Assembly: GCA_003141835.1 (NCBI GenBank)
Contig: PLNR01000005.1
Coordinates: 1-51,107 of the forward strand
Direction: 5' to 3'
DNA: 51,107 nucleotides
DNA from: Candidatus Omnitrophota bacterium
GTDB taxonomy: Bacteria > Omnitrophota > Gorgyraeia > Pluralincolimonadales > Pluralincolimonadaceae
The notes beneath the pieces are model-generated. The model searched no databases and was not told the origin of the DNA. It saw nothing but the letters and a program-made list of their open reading frames with translations. Shown in pieces: positions 1 through 8,000 of the stretch (position 1 is the first letter of the stretch; every line of letters begins with the position of its first letter). Position numbers and translations under genes: made by a program.

Positions 1-59
1 TGGTGTGCCCCGCTTGAAAACTGTACCACTTAAATGGTATAAAAGTCAAGGAGGCGGAG

Positions 60-404
60 ATGGATGAAATGCACGTAGCGGTAACAAAGGGCGGTAAAAG
101 GAAGTGGAGTCTAGAGCAGAAGATGGGCATCATAGGCGAGCTTAACTCCGGGGTGGATGCAGCGGAGCTGTGCCGCAAGTACAATATCCACGCTCAGATG
201 CTGTATAAGTGGAGAAGGACGTTGGAGTCCGGCGGTAAGGAAGGCCTAAAGGCGGGTAGTGAGATCGTTGCCAAAGGCCAGTACCAGGCGGCCTTGAAGA
301 AGATAGACGAGCTTGAGCGCGCCTTAGGCAGAAAGACCTTAGAGCTCGACATTTTAAAAAAAAGCTTCGAACTAAAGGGGTTAAAATTACCCGAGGGGAT
401 ATAA
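60..404 (+). CDS. IS3-family transposase OrfA (HTH)
   Basis: RKWSLEQK...AAELCRKYNIHAQMLYKWRR HTH followed by a coiled coil (IDELERALGRKTLELDILKK). GGAGG RBS upstream. Confidence 0.9.
   Translation: MDEMHVAVTKGGKRKWSLEQKMGIIGELNSGVDAAELCRKYNIHAQMLYKWRRTLESGGKEGLKAGSEIVAKGQYQAALKKIDELERALGRKTLELDILKKSFELKGLKLPEGI
356..364 (+). other. Programmed -1 frameshift site (AAAAAAAAG) fusing OrfA to OrfB
   Basis: A8G run near the end of orfA. The -1 frame is open from 362 straight into the orfB frame at 434. Confidence 0.8.
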
Positions 405-433
405 GGCTCCTCTCTCTTCGTTGTAACTGCTCT

Positions 434-1255
434 TTGAGAATAGTCTTAAAGGTATTAGGCAAAGGCCAGGGTTGGTACTTTTACAGGATAAAGCCCCGGC
501 GCCTTATCCCCATAATCCGCAGGCCTGAAGTGGCAGAGGCGATAAGAAAAATCATCAAGGACAGGCCTGCCACATACGGTTATCGTCGGGTGCATGCCAA
601 GATAAGGCATATGGGCATAGTATGCGATTCTAAGACGGTAAACCGGTATATGAGGCTTAAATTATGGCTAGCCTCAGACCGCCAGAAGCGCAAAGCGCGG
701 GAGCGCCGGGAAGGCGTGGTCTCAGTTCCTGAGCCTAATATGCGCTGGGCATCGGACTTTACGATCATCAAGGCCTGGAACAACGAAAAAGGCAGGCTTG
801 CAATCGTTATTGATTGCGGTTCCCGTCAGGTGATAGAATACCTATGGGCGAGATCCATCAAAGGCGATGATATCGGCCGTATGGTAGAGAGGGCAACAGA
901 GAAGCGCTTTGCAGATGGACGGGTTCCTTTAGTCGAGTTCCTAAGCGACAACGGTCCCGAGTACATCAAGACGGAGTTGCGGCTCCTGTTAAAGCAAATG
1001 GGCTTTACGGTATGCAATACCCCGATAAGGAGCCCCGAAAGTAACGGCATCGCCGAGTCGTTCTTTAAGAGCTTTAAAAGGGATTACGTCTACCAGAACG
1101 TCTGTGAGAGCTTTGAAGACATTGCCGCTAAAATAGGCGGCTGGATAGAGGACTACAACACCCAGGCGCCTCATAGCGGCTTGGGGATGCGGACACCGGC
1201 GCAGTTCTATGAGGAATGGAAGCTGAAAAGCAGGTTAAAAGTGGTACAGATTTGA
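434..1255 (+). CDS. IS3-family transposase OrfB (DDE integrase core), probably made as an OrfAB fusion
   Basis: YGYRRV, WASDFT, SDNGPEY, SPESNGIAESFFKSFK and YN..PHSGLG..TP motifs. Confidence 0.92.
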   Translation: MRIVLKVLGKGQGWYFYRIKPRRLIPIIRRPEVAEAIRKIIKDRPATYGYRRVHAKIRHMGIVCDSKTVNRYMRLKLWLASDRQKRKARERREGVVSVPEPNMRWASDFTIIKAWNNEKGRLAIVIDCGSRQVIEYLWARSIKGDDIGRMVERATEKRFADGRVPLVEFLSDNGPEYIKTELRLLLKQMGFTVCNTPIRSPESNGIAESFFKSFKRDYVYQNVCESFEDIAAKIGGWIEDYNTQAPHSGLGMRTPAQFYEEWKLKSRLKVVQI

Positions 1256-1416
1256 CTGGGGCGGTCCAATTTAGACATATTGAAGAAACTTTTTTGTGTT
1301 CAAGCCTGGTGGATAAATGAAGTTTTTGATGGGATACCAGATGAAATATGTTCTGACCCAATTGAAAGATACGAGGATAGGCCTCCTTATCCAAGCCCCT
1401 AATGGTATAGGATATA

Positions 1417-2139
1417 ATGAATAATAAATTATTAATGAAGATTATTTTATCGTTAGTTCCTATTTTTTTATTATGTTTTTGTGTTTTCGCAATGTCAGAT
1501 GCTTCTGAGAAAATCGATAATAATTTAGAGGTAAGTCCTAAAGGTGCGTCTCAAGAATTAAATTGGCCTTCTGAAAAGATTATCCAAGAGAAGGCCATAG
1601 CTAAAAATAAAATACCCGTATCTGACTATAACTATCTTAAAGTATGGGTTAATGCAGTGCTAAAAAAAGAATGGATTCCCGCTGATCTTACAGATCAATT
1701 TATTCTTCTGGAAAATTTATATGATGAAAGTGATTATTTCATCGGAAGATATAAAAAGGACAATAACATAATCCAAATTAGGATTGGAGACGGTTACCTC
1801 TGGCTTACCATAGGGCCCAGCAAGGGTCTTTCTTTTTACAAGAACAAAAAAGATTTTGTCTTAGCCGTAGCAAAGACTTTTATAAATTACGACAATACTC
1901 AACATGCAAAAATGAAGATATTATCAAACAGGTATGATGATAATGTTGGAGGAATTAAAATTGAAGAAACTAATACTAAAGGTAATATACAACAAGAATA
2001 TTGGTACGAAGATATCGTGTGGAAAATTACGGATGAATATATAAATTTCAAAATATCTCCACCCAAGAAGATTAAAATTAGCGGTAGGCCGATAGGAGTA
2101 AAGACCGATTGGAAGGGCAGAATGGTTATATCTAAATAA
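1417..2139 (+). CDS. Hypothetical secreted protein, AT-rich
   Basis: 240-aa ORF with an N-terminal hydrophobic signal-like segment. Visibly more AT-rich than the rest of the window. No family recognised. Confidence 0.7.
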   Translation: MNNKLLMKIILSLVPIFLLCFCVFAMSDASEKIDNNLEVSPKGASQELNWPSEKIIQEKAIAKNKIPVSDYNYLKVWVNAVLKKEWIPADLTDQFILLENLYDESDYFIGRYKKDNNIIQIRIGDGYLWLTIGPSKGLSFYKNKKDFVLAVAKTFINYDNTQHAKMKILSNRYDDNVGGIKIEETNTKGNIQQEYWYEDIVWKITDEYINFKISPPKKIKISGRPIGVKTDWKGRMVISK

Positions 2140-2247
2140 GACTTATTTTAATTCGTCGCTCTGGACAAAAAATGACGTTTTATTTATCAAAAATTATATC
2201 ATTACAACATCAGCCACAAAATCAAGGAGGTCCCTCCCATGCGCAAG

Positions 2248-2389
2248 TGGACTGCCCCAGTCAAATCTGTACCACTTTTAACCTGCTTTTTAGCTTCCAT
2301 TCCTCATAGATCTGCGCCGGTGTCCGCATCCCCAGGGTGGTGTGCCCCGCTTAATAACTGTACTACTTTTAATCTGGTTTTTAGCTTCC
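2248..2389 (-). mobile_element. IS end remnants: inverted copy of the IS right end followed by a hybrid end
   Basis: 2248-2334 is near-identical to the reverse complement of about 1182-1268. 2338-2366 resembles the left IR (TGGTGTGCCCCGCTT) and continues with right-end-like inner sequence (TTTTAATCTGGTTTTTAGCTTCC). Confidence 0.85.
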
Positions 2390-2418
2390 GTTTCTTGTAT
2401 AATCGTCCTCAATCTTTC

Positions 2419-2511
2419 CATATCCGCCGCCTCCGCAGCAAGATAGAAGACCGTAAGCATACTTTCATCGAGACTATCCGCAACATCGGCTACAAATTCA
2501 TCGCAGAGTAA
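2419..2511 (+). pseudogene. C-terminal remnant of an OmpR/PhoB-family (GlnR-like) response regulator
   Basis: HIRRLRSKIED...FIETIRNIGYKF* is the recognition helix plus wing of a winged-helix effector domain. The 5' part is replaced by IS-end sequence. Confidence 0.75.
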
Positions 2512-2541
2512 CCCCGCTTTCCCCCTCCGTCCCTCCAAAAA

Positions 2542-2594
2542 TTAATCGGGATTTAACGCGCATGTAATACGGATTTAACATTGATGCGTATACT
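2542..2594 (+). promoter_or_regulatory. Promoter with 11-bp-periodic activator boxes and -10 TATACT
   Basis: TTAAT 2542, TTAAC 2553, GTAAT 2564, TTAAC 2575; TATACT 2589-2594. Confidence 0.7.
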
Positions 2595-2601
2595 TACGGG
2601 T

Positions 2602-2784
2602 ATGAAGATCAAAGAAGATGATCTTGATCGCAAGTTCAGGTGCGCAAAGTGCGGCTACTTGACGCAGCGGCAGGCGCCCCCGAGGAGCTGCCCGATATGC
2701 AGGGCCGGTCCCGGAGCTTTTGACGACATCGGTGTCGACAGGTCAGCGGAGAGAAAAGCGGTTTTTAACCCAAAATTAATTTAG
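2602..2784 (+). CDS. Small rubredoxin-like metal-binding protein
   Basis: FRCAKCGY...PPRSCPICRA..F, the CxxC/CPxC pattern of rubrerythrin-type rubredoxin domains. Start reassigned to ATG 2602. Confidence 0.65.
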   Translation: MKIKEDDLDRKFRCAKCGYLTQRQAPPRSCPICRAGPGAFDDIGVDRSAERKAVFNPKLI

Positions 2785-2817
2785 GGTTAATATGTTTGTA
2801 ATATTGATCGCTATACT
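2765..2817 (+). promoter_or_regulatory. Promoter with 11-bp-periodic activator boxes and -10 TATACT
   Basis: TTAAC 2765, TTAAT 2776, TTAAT 2787, GTAAT 2798; TATACT 2812-2817. Confidence 0.65.
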
Positions 2818-2855
2818 TGCTTAGTGAAAACATTGGGAGAAAGAGAGATGAACAG

Positions 2856-3647
2856 ATGTTCCGTCAAAAGGTATTGGTTTTATGCGTTCTTGGTTTATCT
2901 TCATTAATATTCCCCGCGGCATGCTTCGCGACCGCCACCACCCACATCTGGGCACCGTCCACTGACGTACAGCCGTATGGTGTCATCCACGTAACCCCCG
3001 CGGACGTGTATCTCCCCGTAAAAAAGGACTCATCCGGGAATAGGGTGCCCGTGATAACGAATTCGGGGCTTACCGTGGGCGTGTTGCCTTTCGATAAGTT
3101 CAACGTTGAAGCCGGATTCGACTACAAGGCAGGGTTGGGGGACCTGGATCATGATCCGATGTATTTCAACGCGAAAGGCGGGATACCTGAAGGCGCGTTT
3201 GGAGAGTGGTTCCCGGCCCTGGCTATCGGCGCTTATGATATAGGCACAAAAACCGACAAGACCAATAATAACGTGCTCTACTTCAAAGGTGCGAAGACAT
3301 TCAAGATCAAGGGTTTCGACCTCGGCCGCCTCTCTATGGGGTATTTTAACGGCAATGGCAAGTTGTTACGCGGCCCGAACGGCGGAAAGGACAACGCCGA
3401 TGTTTTCGGCGCCTGGGAGCGCACCATGACTGAAATATCACCAAAGCTCTGGCTCTGCGTCGAGTACCAGGGGACGAAGAGCACCTACGGTTCGTGGAAT
3501 TTCGGCGGGTCGTGGAAATTTTCCGATAACGTCTCGCTGCTCGTAGGTTTCGACCGTTACAACAACAGGAATCTTGCCGATACGGTAACCGTGCAGGTCG
3601 ATATAGATTTTGACGCGTTCAGCAAGCTGTTTAAAGGAAAGAAATAA
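2856..3647 (+). CDS. Secreted protein, probable outer-membrane beta-barrel/porin
   Basis: Signal peptide MFRQKVLVLCVLGLSSLIFPAACFA, then alternating amphipathic Gly/aromatic-rich strands. Start moved to ATG 2856 because the upstream TTG overlaps the predicted -10. Confidence 0.55.
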   Translation: MFRQKVLVLCVLGLSSLIFPAACFATATTHIWAPSTDVQPYGVIHVTPADVYLPVKKDSSGNRVPVITNSGLTVGVLPFDKFNVEAGFDYKAGLGDLDHDPMYFNAKGGIPEGAFGEWFPALAIGAYDIGTKTDKTNNNVLYFKGAKTFKIKGFDLGRLSMGYFNGNGKLLRGPNGGKDNADVFGAWERTMTEISPKLWLCVEYQGTKSTYGSWNFGGSWKFSDNVSLLVGFDRYNNRNLADTVTVQVDIDFDAFSKLFKGKK

Positions 3648-3657
3648 GGAGGCTGCC

Positions 3658-5505
3658 ATGACTGACCTTAAAACGACTTCTCCGGTAGTAAAACCTACGC
3701 TCGGATTATTGGGCGCAACGGTAAACGCCATGGCGCTGATCGCGCCGGGAGCGTTCCTCTGGATCACTTACCAGCTGCAGGCCGCGGCCACGGCGCCGAA
3801 CGGCGCCTCGGTCTCGAGCGATATCTGGGCCGGCATAGTCCTCGCGCTGATCGTCGCGTTCCTTACCGCATTTTCGTACGCGGAGCTGGCGAAGATCTAT
3901 CCGGAAGCGGGTTTTGCGAGCTGCGTCTATTTTGCGGAAAAAGCTTTTCTGGACCGCCACAAAGATAATAAGAGGAGCGCGCCGAATTCTTTAGCGCGTT
4001 TCGCCAAAATAGCAACGGGGTGGGCAGCCCATTTGTTCTACTGGGTATATCCGGGCGTCATGGTCGCGATGATGGCGACGCTTATCGGTTATATTTATAC
4101 CCAGTTTACCGGCCATGCGCTATCGAGCATAGTCCTGACGGTCATAGGCGTGGTTTTTGCGATAGCCACAGGATACATCGCTTTCCGCGGGGTGACCGGC
4201 TCGACCAAGACGGCGTTATGGATAAACGTCATACAGCTTGTCACGCTGGTCATATTCAGCGGATTGGCCATCTGGTACCGTTTTTCCAATCCCCAGCACG
4301 CGGCCCAATGGACGTTCAGCGGGGCCTTGGATATAATGCGGCCCCATTCGATCAGCGGCGTGCTGATACAATCTACGCTGGCCATCCTCATCCTTGTCGG
4401 GTTTGAAAGCTGCACGGCACTCGCCGCCGAGACGAAAAACCCGGAGACTACAATACCGAAGGCGATCATCATATCGCTCGTCATCCAGGGCCTGTTCGCT
4501 TATCTGCTCGAGTATCTTGCGGCAGGGCTCATGCTAAGCGACAAATTTACCATGACTGCCGCAGCCGCCTCAGGGGCTCCCATAGGCGACCTGGCAAAGC
4601 TTATCGGCAATAACCTGCTGGGCGGTCTCGGCTTCGGGCTTATGATAACGATGGCGGTCACGGTGGCTATCGCCATAATAGGCACGACATTAAGCTGTAT
4701 GAGCACGGCCATGCGCGTAAGCTGCGGAATGGCTGCCGACCGTGAATTGCCCGAGATGCTCGGTTTCATGCATGAACGTTTCAGCACTCCCCATGTCTCC
4801 CTCTGGACGCTGGTGATCGTTACCTCGGTGATCGCCGCTATCGGAGTGAGATCTGTCGTGGGCCTGACCGGCATCACGCTTGCCTCGAACTTCGGGACGT
4901 TCATATTATACGGCCTGACCTGCCTCTGGACCATAATCGCGTTCAAGGGCAGGGTGAGGTTTAATTTCATAAAACACTGGCTCATTCCCGCGCTGGGCCT
5001 GGTCACTAATGTAGTAATGGCGATCGCGATCATTTATCTGTACAGCGTCGGTAATGCCGACGCGAAAGCCGAAGCGAATATCTGCTTCCTTATCGCGGGG
5101 GCGTGGGCTGTTATCAGCATCGCGTATGTCGCCGTGACTACCGTCAAGAGGTCATACCGCCTGAAGATGATCTCGTGCATGATACGGCCGGAGCAGCTTA
5201 ATATCGTGACAGAGGCCCTTAAGGAAGACGAACTTATCATGGGCATGACGGTGTCAAAGGTAAAGGGATTCGGCCGGCAGAAGGGTAATGTTGACGCGAG
5301 TTCGGATCCGGGCGAAGACAAGATCACATTCCTTCCCAAGATCAGGGTAGACCTGGTCGTAAAAGACTGGGATGTCAGGAAGGTGATGGATCTTATTGGA
5401 GAGGCTGTCCGTACCGGGAATTTCGGCGACGGAAAGATCTTCGTAGTCGATGCAACGGACGCCATGCGCATACGTACCGGCGAAAAAGGCGTCTGGGCCA
5501 TATAG
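3658..5505 (+). CDS. APC-superfamily amino acid/amine permease fused to a C-terminal PII domain
   Basis: About 12 TM segments with APC motifs (SYAELAKIYPEAG, GFESCTALAAETKNP, FSTPH). The last ~115 aa are PII-like (MIRP, VKGFGRQKG, FLPKIRVDLVV, TGNFGDGKIFV, RIRTGEKG). GGAGG RBS before ATG 3658. Confidence 0.9.
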   Translation: MTDLKTTSPVVKPTLGLLGATVNAMALIAPGAFLWITYQLQAAATAPNGASVSSDIWAGIVLALIVAFLTAFSYAELAKIYPEAGFASCVYFAEKAFLDRHKDNKRSAPNSLARFAKIATGWAAHLFYWVYPGVMVAMMATLIGYIYTQFTGHALSSIVLTVIGVVFAIATGYIAFRGVTGSTKTALWINVIQLVTLVIFSGLAIWYRFSNPQHAAQWTFSGALDIMRPHSISGVLIQSTLAILILVGFESCTALAAETKNPETTIPKAIIISLVIQGLFAYLLEYLAAGLMLSDKFTMTAAAASGAPIGDLAKLIGNNLLGGLGFGLMITMAVTVAIAIIGTTLSCMSTAMRVSCGMAADRELPEMLGFMHERFSTPHVSLWTLVIVTSVIAAIGVRSVVGLTGITLASNFGTFILYGLTCLWTIIAFKGRVRFNFIKHWLIPALGLVTNVVMAIAIIYLYSVGNADAKAEANICFLIAGAWAVISIAYVAVTTVKRSYRLKMISCMIRPEQLNIVTEALKEDELIMGMTVSKVKGFGRQKGNVDASSDPGEDKITFLPKIRVDLVVKDWDVRKVMDLIGEAVRTGNFGDGKIFVVDATDAMRIRTGEKGVWAI

Positions 5506-5516
5506 GGAGGATCGAG

Positions 5517-5855
5517 ATGAAAAAGATAGAAGCCATAATACGGCCCGCGAGGGTGGGCCAGGTATGTTCGGCGCTGGAAAAGTTAGGCCACCCGGGCTTG
5601 ATGATCACGGAGATCGAAGGGCACGGCAAACAGATGGGCCTGGAACAGCAGTTTCGCGGAGAAACATTCAAGACGGAGCTGTTGCCTAAAGCGAAGCTTG
5701 AGATCGTCGTGAAAGATGCCGATGTGGATAAGATAGTCGAGACGATCATAAGATCCGGCAGGACCGGCGAGATAGGCGACGGCAAGATCTTTATTTATAA
5801 CATGGAAGACGCCGTACGCATAAGGACGAGCGAGAGAGGCGAAGGCGCGATCTAA
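5517..5855 (+). CDS. PII nitrogen regulatory protein (GlnB/K family)
   Basis: MKKIEAIIRP...LLPKAKLEIVV...TGEIGDGKIFI...RIRT. Confidence 0.95.
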   Translation: MKKIEAIIRPARVGQVCSALEKLGHPGLMITEIEGHGKQMGLEQQFRGETFKTELLPKAKLEIVVKDADVDKIVETIIRSGRTGEIGDGKIFIYNMEDAVRIRTSERGEGAI

Positions 5856-5856
5856 A

Positions 5857-6033
5857 ATGATCAACAAGGAATTGATAGACAAGATAAGACGGCTGAAGGC
5901 CGATCAGGGATATACCCTGTACGAGTTATCGAAAAGGGTGGACGTCCAGCCGTCCACCCTTGAGAGATGGTTGAAGACCAACCGCATAAACAGGGTTTAT
6001 GCGGAGATGATCACCAGAAAGCTCGGGATATAG
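5857..6033 (+). CDS. Small XRE/Cro-type helix-turn-helix protein (58 aa, not in ORF track)
   Basis: Hand translation: MINKELIDKIRRLKADQGYTLYELSKRVDVQPSTLERWLKTNRINRVYAEMITRKLGI*. Starts 1 nt after the PII stop. Confidence 0.8.
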   Translation: MINKELIDKIRRLKADQGYTLYELSKRVDVQPSTLERWLKTNRINRVYAEMITRKLGI

Positions 6034-6105
6034 GGATTTTTTTTGCCGGTTTTTTGCAATTGGATATACAAATGGTTAAACGAAAGAAATAAAAGGAGGT
6101 AAGCG

Positions 6106-7443
6106 ATGGGAAAGTACCTGAAGAAGAGCGCGTTCTGGTTTTTCGCGGCTTTTCTGCTCTTCACTGTAATAGCGACGGTAGTCGCGGCCGCGGAGGTCAC
6201 TCCTGCGGCTAAGGTCGACACCGGTGATACGGCATGGCTTTTGACATCGGCGGCGCTGGTGTTATTGATGACGCCGGCCCTGGCATTTTTCTACGGCGGC
6301 CTCGTGCGCAGGAAGAACGTGCTTTCGATCCTGATGCAGTGCTTCATGCTGATGTGCCTCATAACCGTACAATGGGTACTTTTTGGTTACAGCCTTGCCT
6401 TCGGTCCCGATATAAAGGGGATAATAGGCAGCCTCGGGTGGTTCGGGCTCAAAGGAGTGGGGCTTGAACCGTATCCGGCCTATGCCGCGACCGTCCCTCA
6501 TCAGGCATTCATGATATTCCAGGCGATGTTTGCCATAATAACTCCCGGCCTAATATGCGGCGCATTCGCCGAGAGGATGAAGTTCTCGACGTTCTGTATC
6601 TTTACTCTTTTATGGGCAACGCTAGTATATGATCCTGTTTGCCACTGGGTCTGGGGCGTCGGAGGATTTTTAAGGGCGGGTGGTGCGCTCGATTTCGCGG
6701 GAGGCACGGTCGTCCATATCAATGCCGGTGTCGCAGCGTTAGCATGCGCCCTCGCATTGGGGAAACGTAAAGGCTATCCCGATAAGATATCCCCGCCGCA
6801 CAACCTGCCGTTCGCAGTCTTGGGGGCAGGCCTGCTCTGGTTCGGATGGTTCGGGTTCAACGGCGGAAGCGCTCTTGGTTCCGGCTCGCTTGCGACGAAC
6901 GCGTTTGTAGTGACGCACGTTGCGGCTGCTACTGCCGGCCTGACCTGGGCCCTCCTTGACTGGATATTCAGTTCCCGTTCCACCGTCTTAGGTATTATAA
7001 CCGGCGCTGTCGGAGGCCTTGTCGCGATAACCCCGGCGTCAGGTTTCGTCAATGTTGTCGGCGCATTATGGATAGGCATAGGCGTCTCGGTATTCTGCTA
7101 CATGGCCGTTGCCATATTAAAAGTGAAGTTTGGCTATGACGATTCGCTTGACGCTTTCGGCGTCCACGGCGTAGGAGGCATTTGGGGGGCCCTGGCTACC
7201 GGCCTCTGGGCGACAAAAATGGTCAATCCGGCCGGCGCGAACGGCCTTTTTTACGGCAACCCGGCGCAGTTCCTTATACAGTTCAAGGCCGTTATAATCA
7301 CCGCGGTTTATTCGTTCGTAATGACTTTCGTGATACTTAAGGCCCTCAATGCCTTTATGGGTGTTCGCGCTTCGGAACAGGATGAGCGTATCGGCCTGGA
7401 CCTTACACAACACCGTGAAGCCGGTTACACGGTCTTAGATTAG
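6106..7443 (+). CDS. amtB: Ammonium transporter, copy 1
   Basis: FYGGLVRRKN, FQAMFAIIT, DFAGGTVVH, LLWFGWFGFNGGS, DDSLDAFGVHG; both pore His conserved. Confidence 0.97.
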   Translation: MGKYLKKSAFWFFAAFLLFTVIATVVAAAEVTPAAKVDTGDTAWLLTSAALVLLMTPALAFFYGGLVRRKNVLSILMQCFMLMCLITVQWVLFGYSLAFGPDIKGIIGSLGWFGLKGVGLEPYPAYAATVPHQAFMIFQAMFAIITPGLICGAFAERMKFSTFCIFTLLWATLVYDPVCHWVWGVGGFLRAGGALDFAGGTVVHINAGVAALACALALGKRKGYPDKISPPHNLPFAVLGAGLLWFGWFGFNGGSALGSGSLATNAFVVTHVAAATAGLTWALLDWIFSSRSTVLGIITGAVGGLVAITPASGFVNVVGALWIGIGVSVFCYMAVAILKVKFGYDDSLDAFGVHGVGGIWGALATGLWATKMVNPAGANGLFYGNPAQFLIQFKAVIITAVYSFVMTFVILKALNAFMGVRASEQDERIGLDLTQHREAGYTVLD

Positions 7444-7451
7444 GAGGAACC

Positions 7452-7793
7452 ATGAAATATATTGTAGCAATAATACAACCCGATAAACTCGATGAGGTGC
7501 TTACGAAACTTGAAGAAAAGGAGATACACCTGGTGACCGTGACCAGCGTGATGGGCCGCGGCCGCCAGAAAGGCATCTCCGAGGTCTACAGGAGCCATAA
7601 GGAGGCGGGCAGCCTGCTTAAAAAGGTAAAGCTGGAGATCGCCGTGAACGATGATTTTGTAAAACCGACCATAGATGCCATAACGTCCGGCGCAAGGACC
7701 GGCCACGTAGGCGACGGAAAGATATTTATTCTCGATTTGCCGGAATGTATTCGTATACGTACAGGAGAGAAGGGAAATCCTGCAATTGGATAG
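7452..7793 (+). CDS. glnK: PII protein, amtB-linked copy 1
   Basis: PII motifs GRGRQKG, TGHVGDGKIFI, RIRTGE; directly downstream of amtB. Confidence 0.9.
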   Translation: MKYIVAIIQPDKLDEVLTKLEEKEIHLVTVTSVMGRGRQKGISEVYRSHKEAGSLLKKVKLEIAVNDDFVKPTIDAITSGARTGHVGDGKIFILDLPECIRIRTGEKGNPAIG

Positions 7794-7826
7794 ATTAAAG
7801 CGGGTGACTGGGCAGGCAGGACCCGC

Positions 7827-7890
7827 CCAAGCGAACTGATTGTCGGGGAGAGATTGCGATTTAACATTAACGTAACATGGATTTAACATT
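7827..7890 (+). repeat. Intergenic direct repeat, copy 1 (copy 2 at 9788-9853)
   Basis: CCAAGCGAACTGATTGTCGGGGAGAG..ATTG.GATTTAACAT...GTAA.ATGGATTTAACATT is shared upstream of amtB2 and glnA. Confidence 0.9.
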
Positions 7891-7903
7891 CAGTTAGTAC
7901 ACT
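7861..7903 (+). promoter_or_regulatory. amtB2 promoter with 11-bp-periodic boxes
   Basis: TTAAC 7861, GTAAC 7872, TTAAC 7883; TACACT 7898-7903. Confidence 0.7.
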
Positions 7904-8000
7904 ATTCCCATAAAATTGGGACGGAAACAAAGTAATTTTTTGCCCTAAATTTATCAATTGAATAATCAATTGTATAAATGACCGGCAAACAAAAGGATAT

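Larger units (their letters stand above)
1..1268 (+). mobile_element. IS3-family insertion sequence (IS2-like ends), apparently complete
   Basis: Imperfect terminal IRs: 1-29 TGGTGTGCCCCGCTTGAAAACTGTACCAC vs reverse complement of 1241-1268 TGGACCGCCCCAGTCAAATCTGTACCAC. TG...CA termini. orfA/orfB in 0/-1 frames with an A8G slippery run. Confidence 0.93.

Noticed and set aside
2239-2511. 90-aa ORF from the track as a real gene
   Set aside because: It is a chimera of antisense IS-end sequence and the regulator remnant. Its N-terminus repeats the antisense IS ORF at 1128-1394.
2542-2802. Short periodic repeats as a CRISPR array or iterons
   Set aside because: The units are 5-bp boxes at helical spacing, with no repeat-spacer structure and no cas or rep genes.
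6041-6060. Possible sigma54 promoter (TTGCCGGTTTTTTGCA) before amtB1
   Set aside because: The invariant GG at -24 is missing at the correct spacing from the GC.
7800-7826. GCGGGT...ACCCGC hairpin as the glnK1 terminator
   Set aside because: Short interrupted stem with no U-tract.
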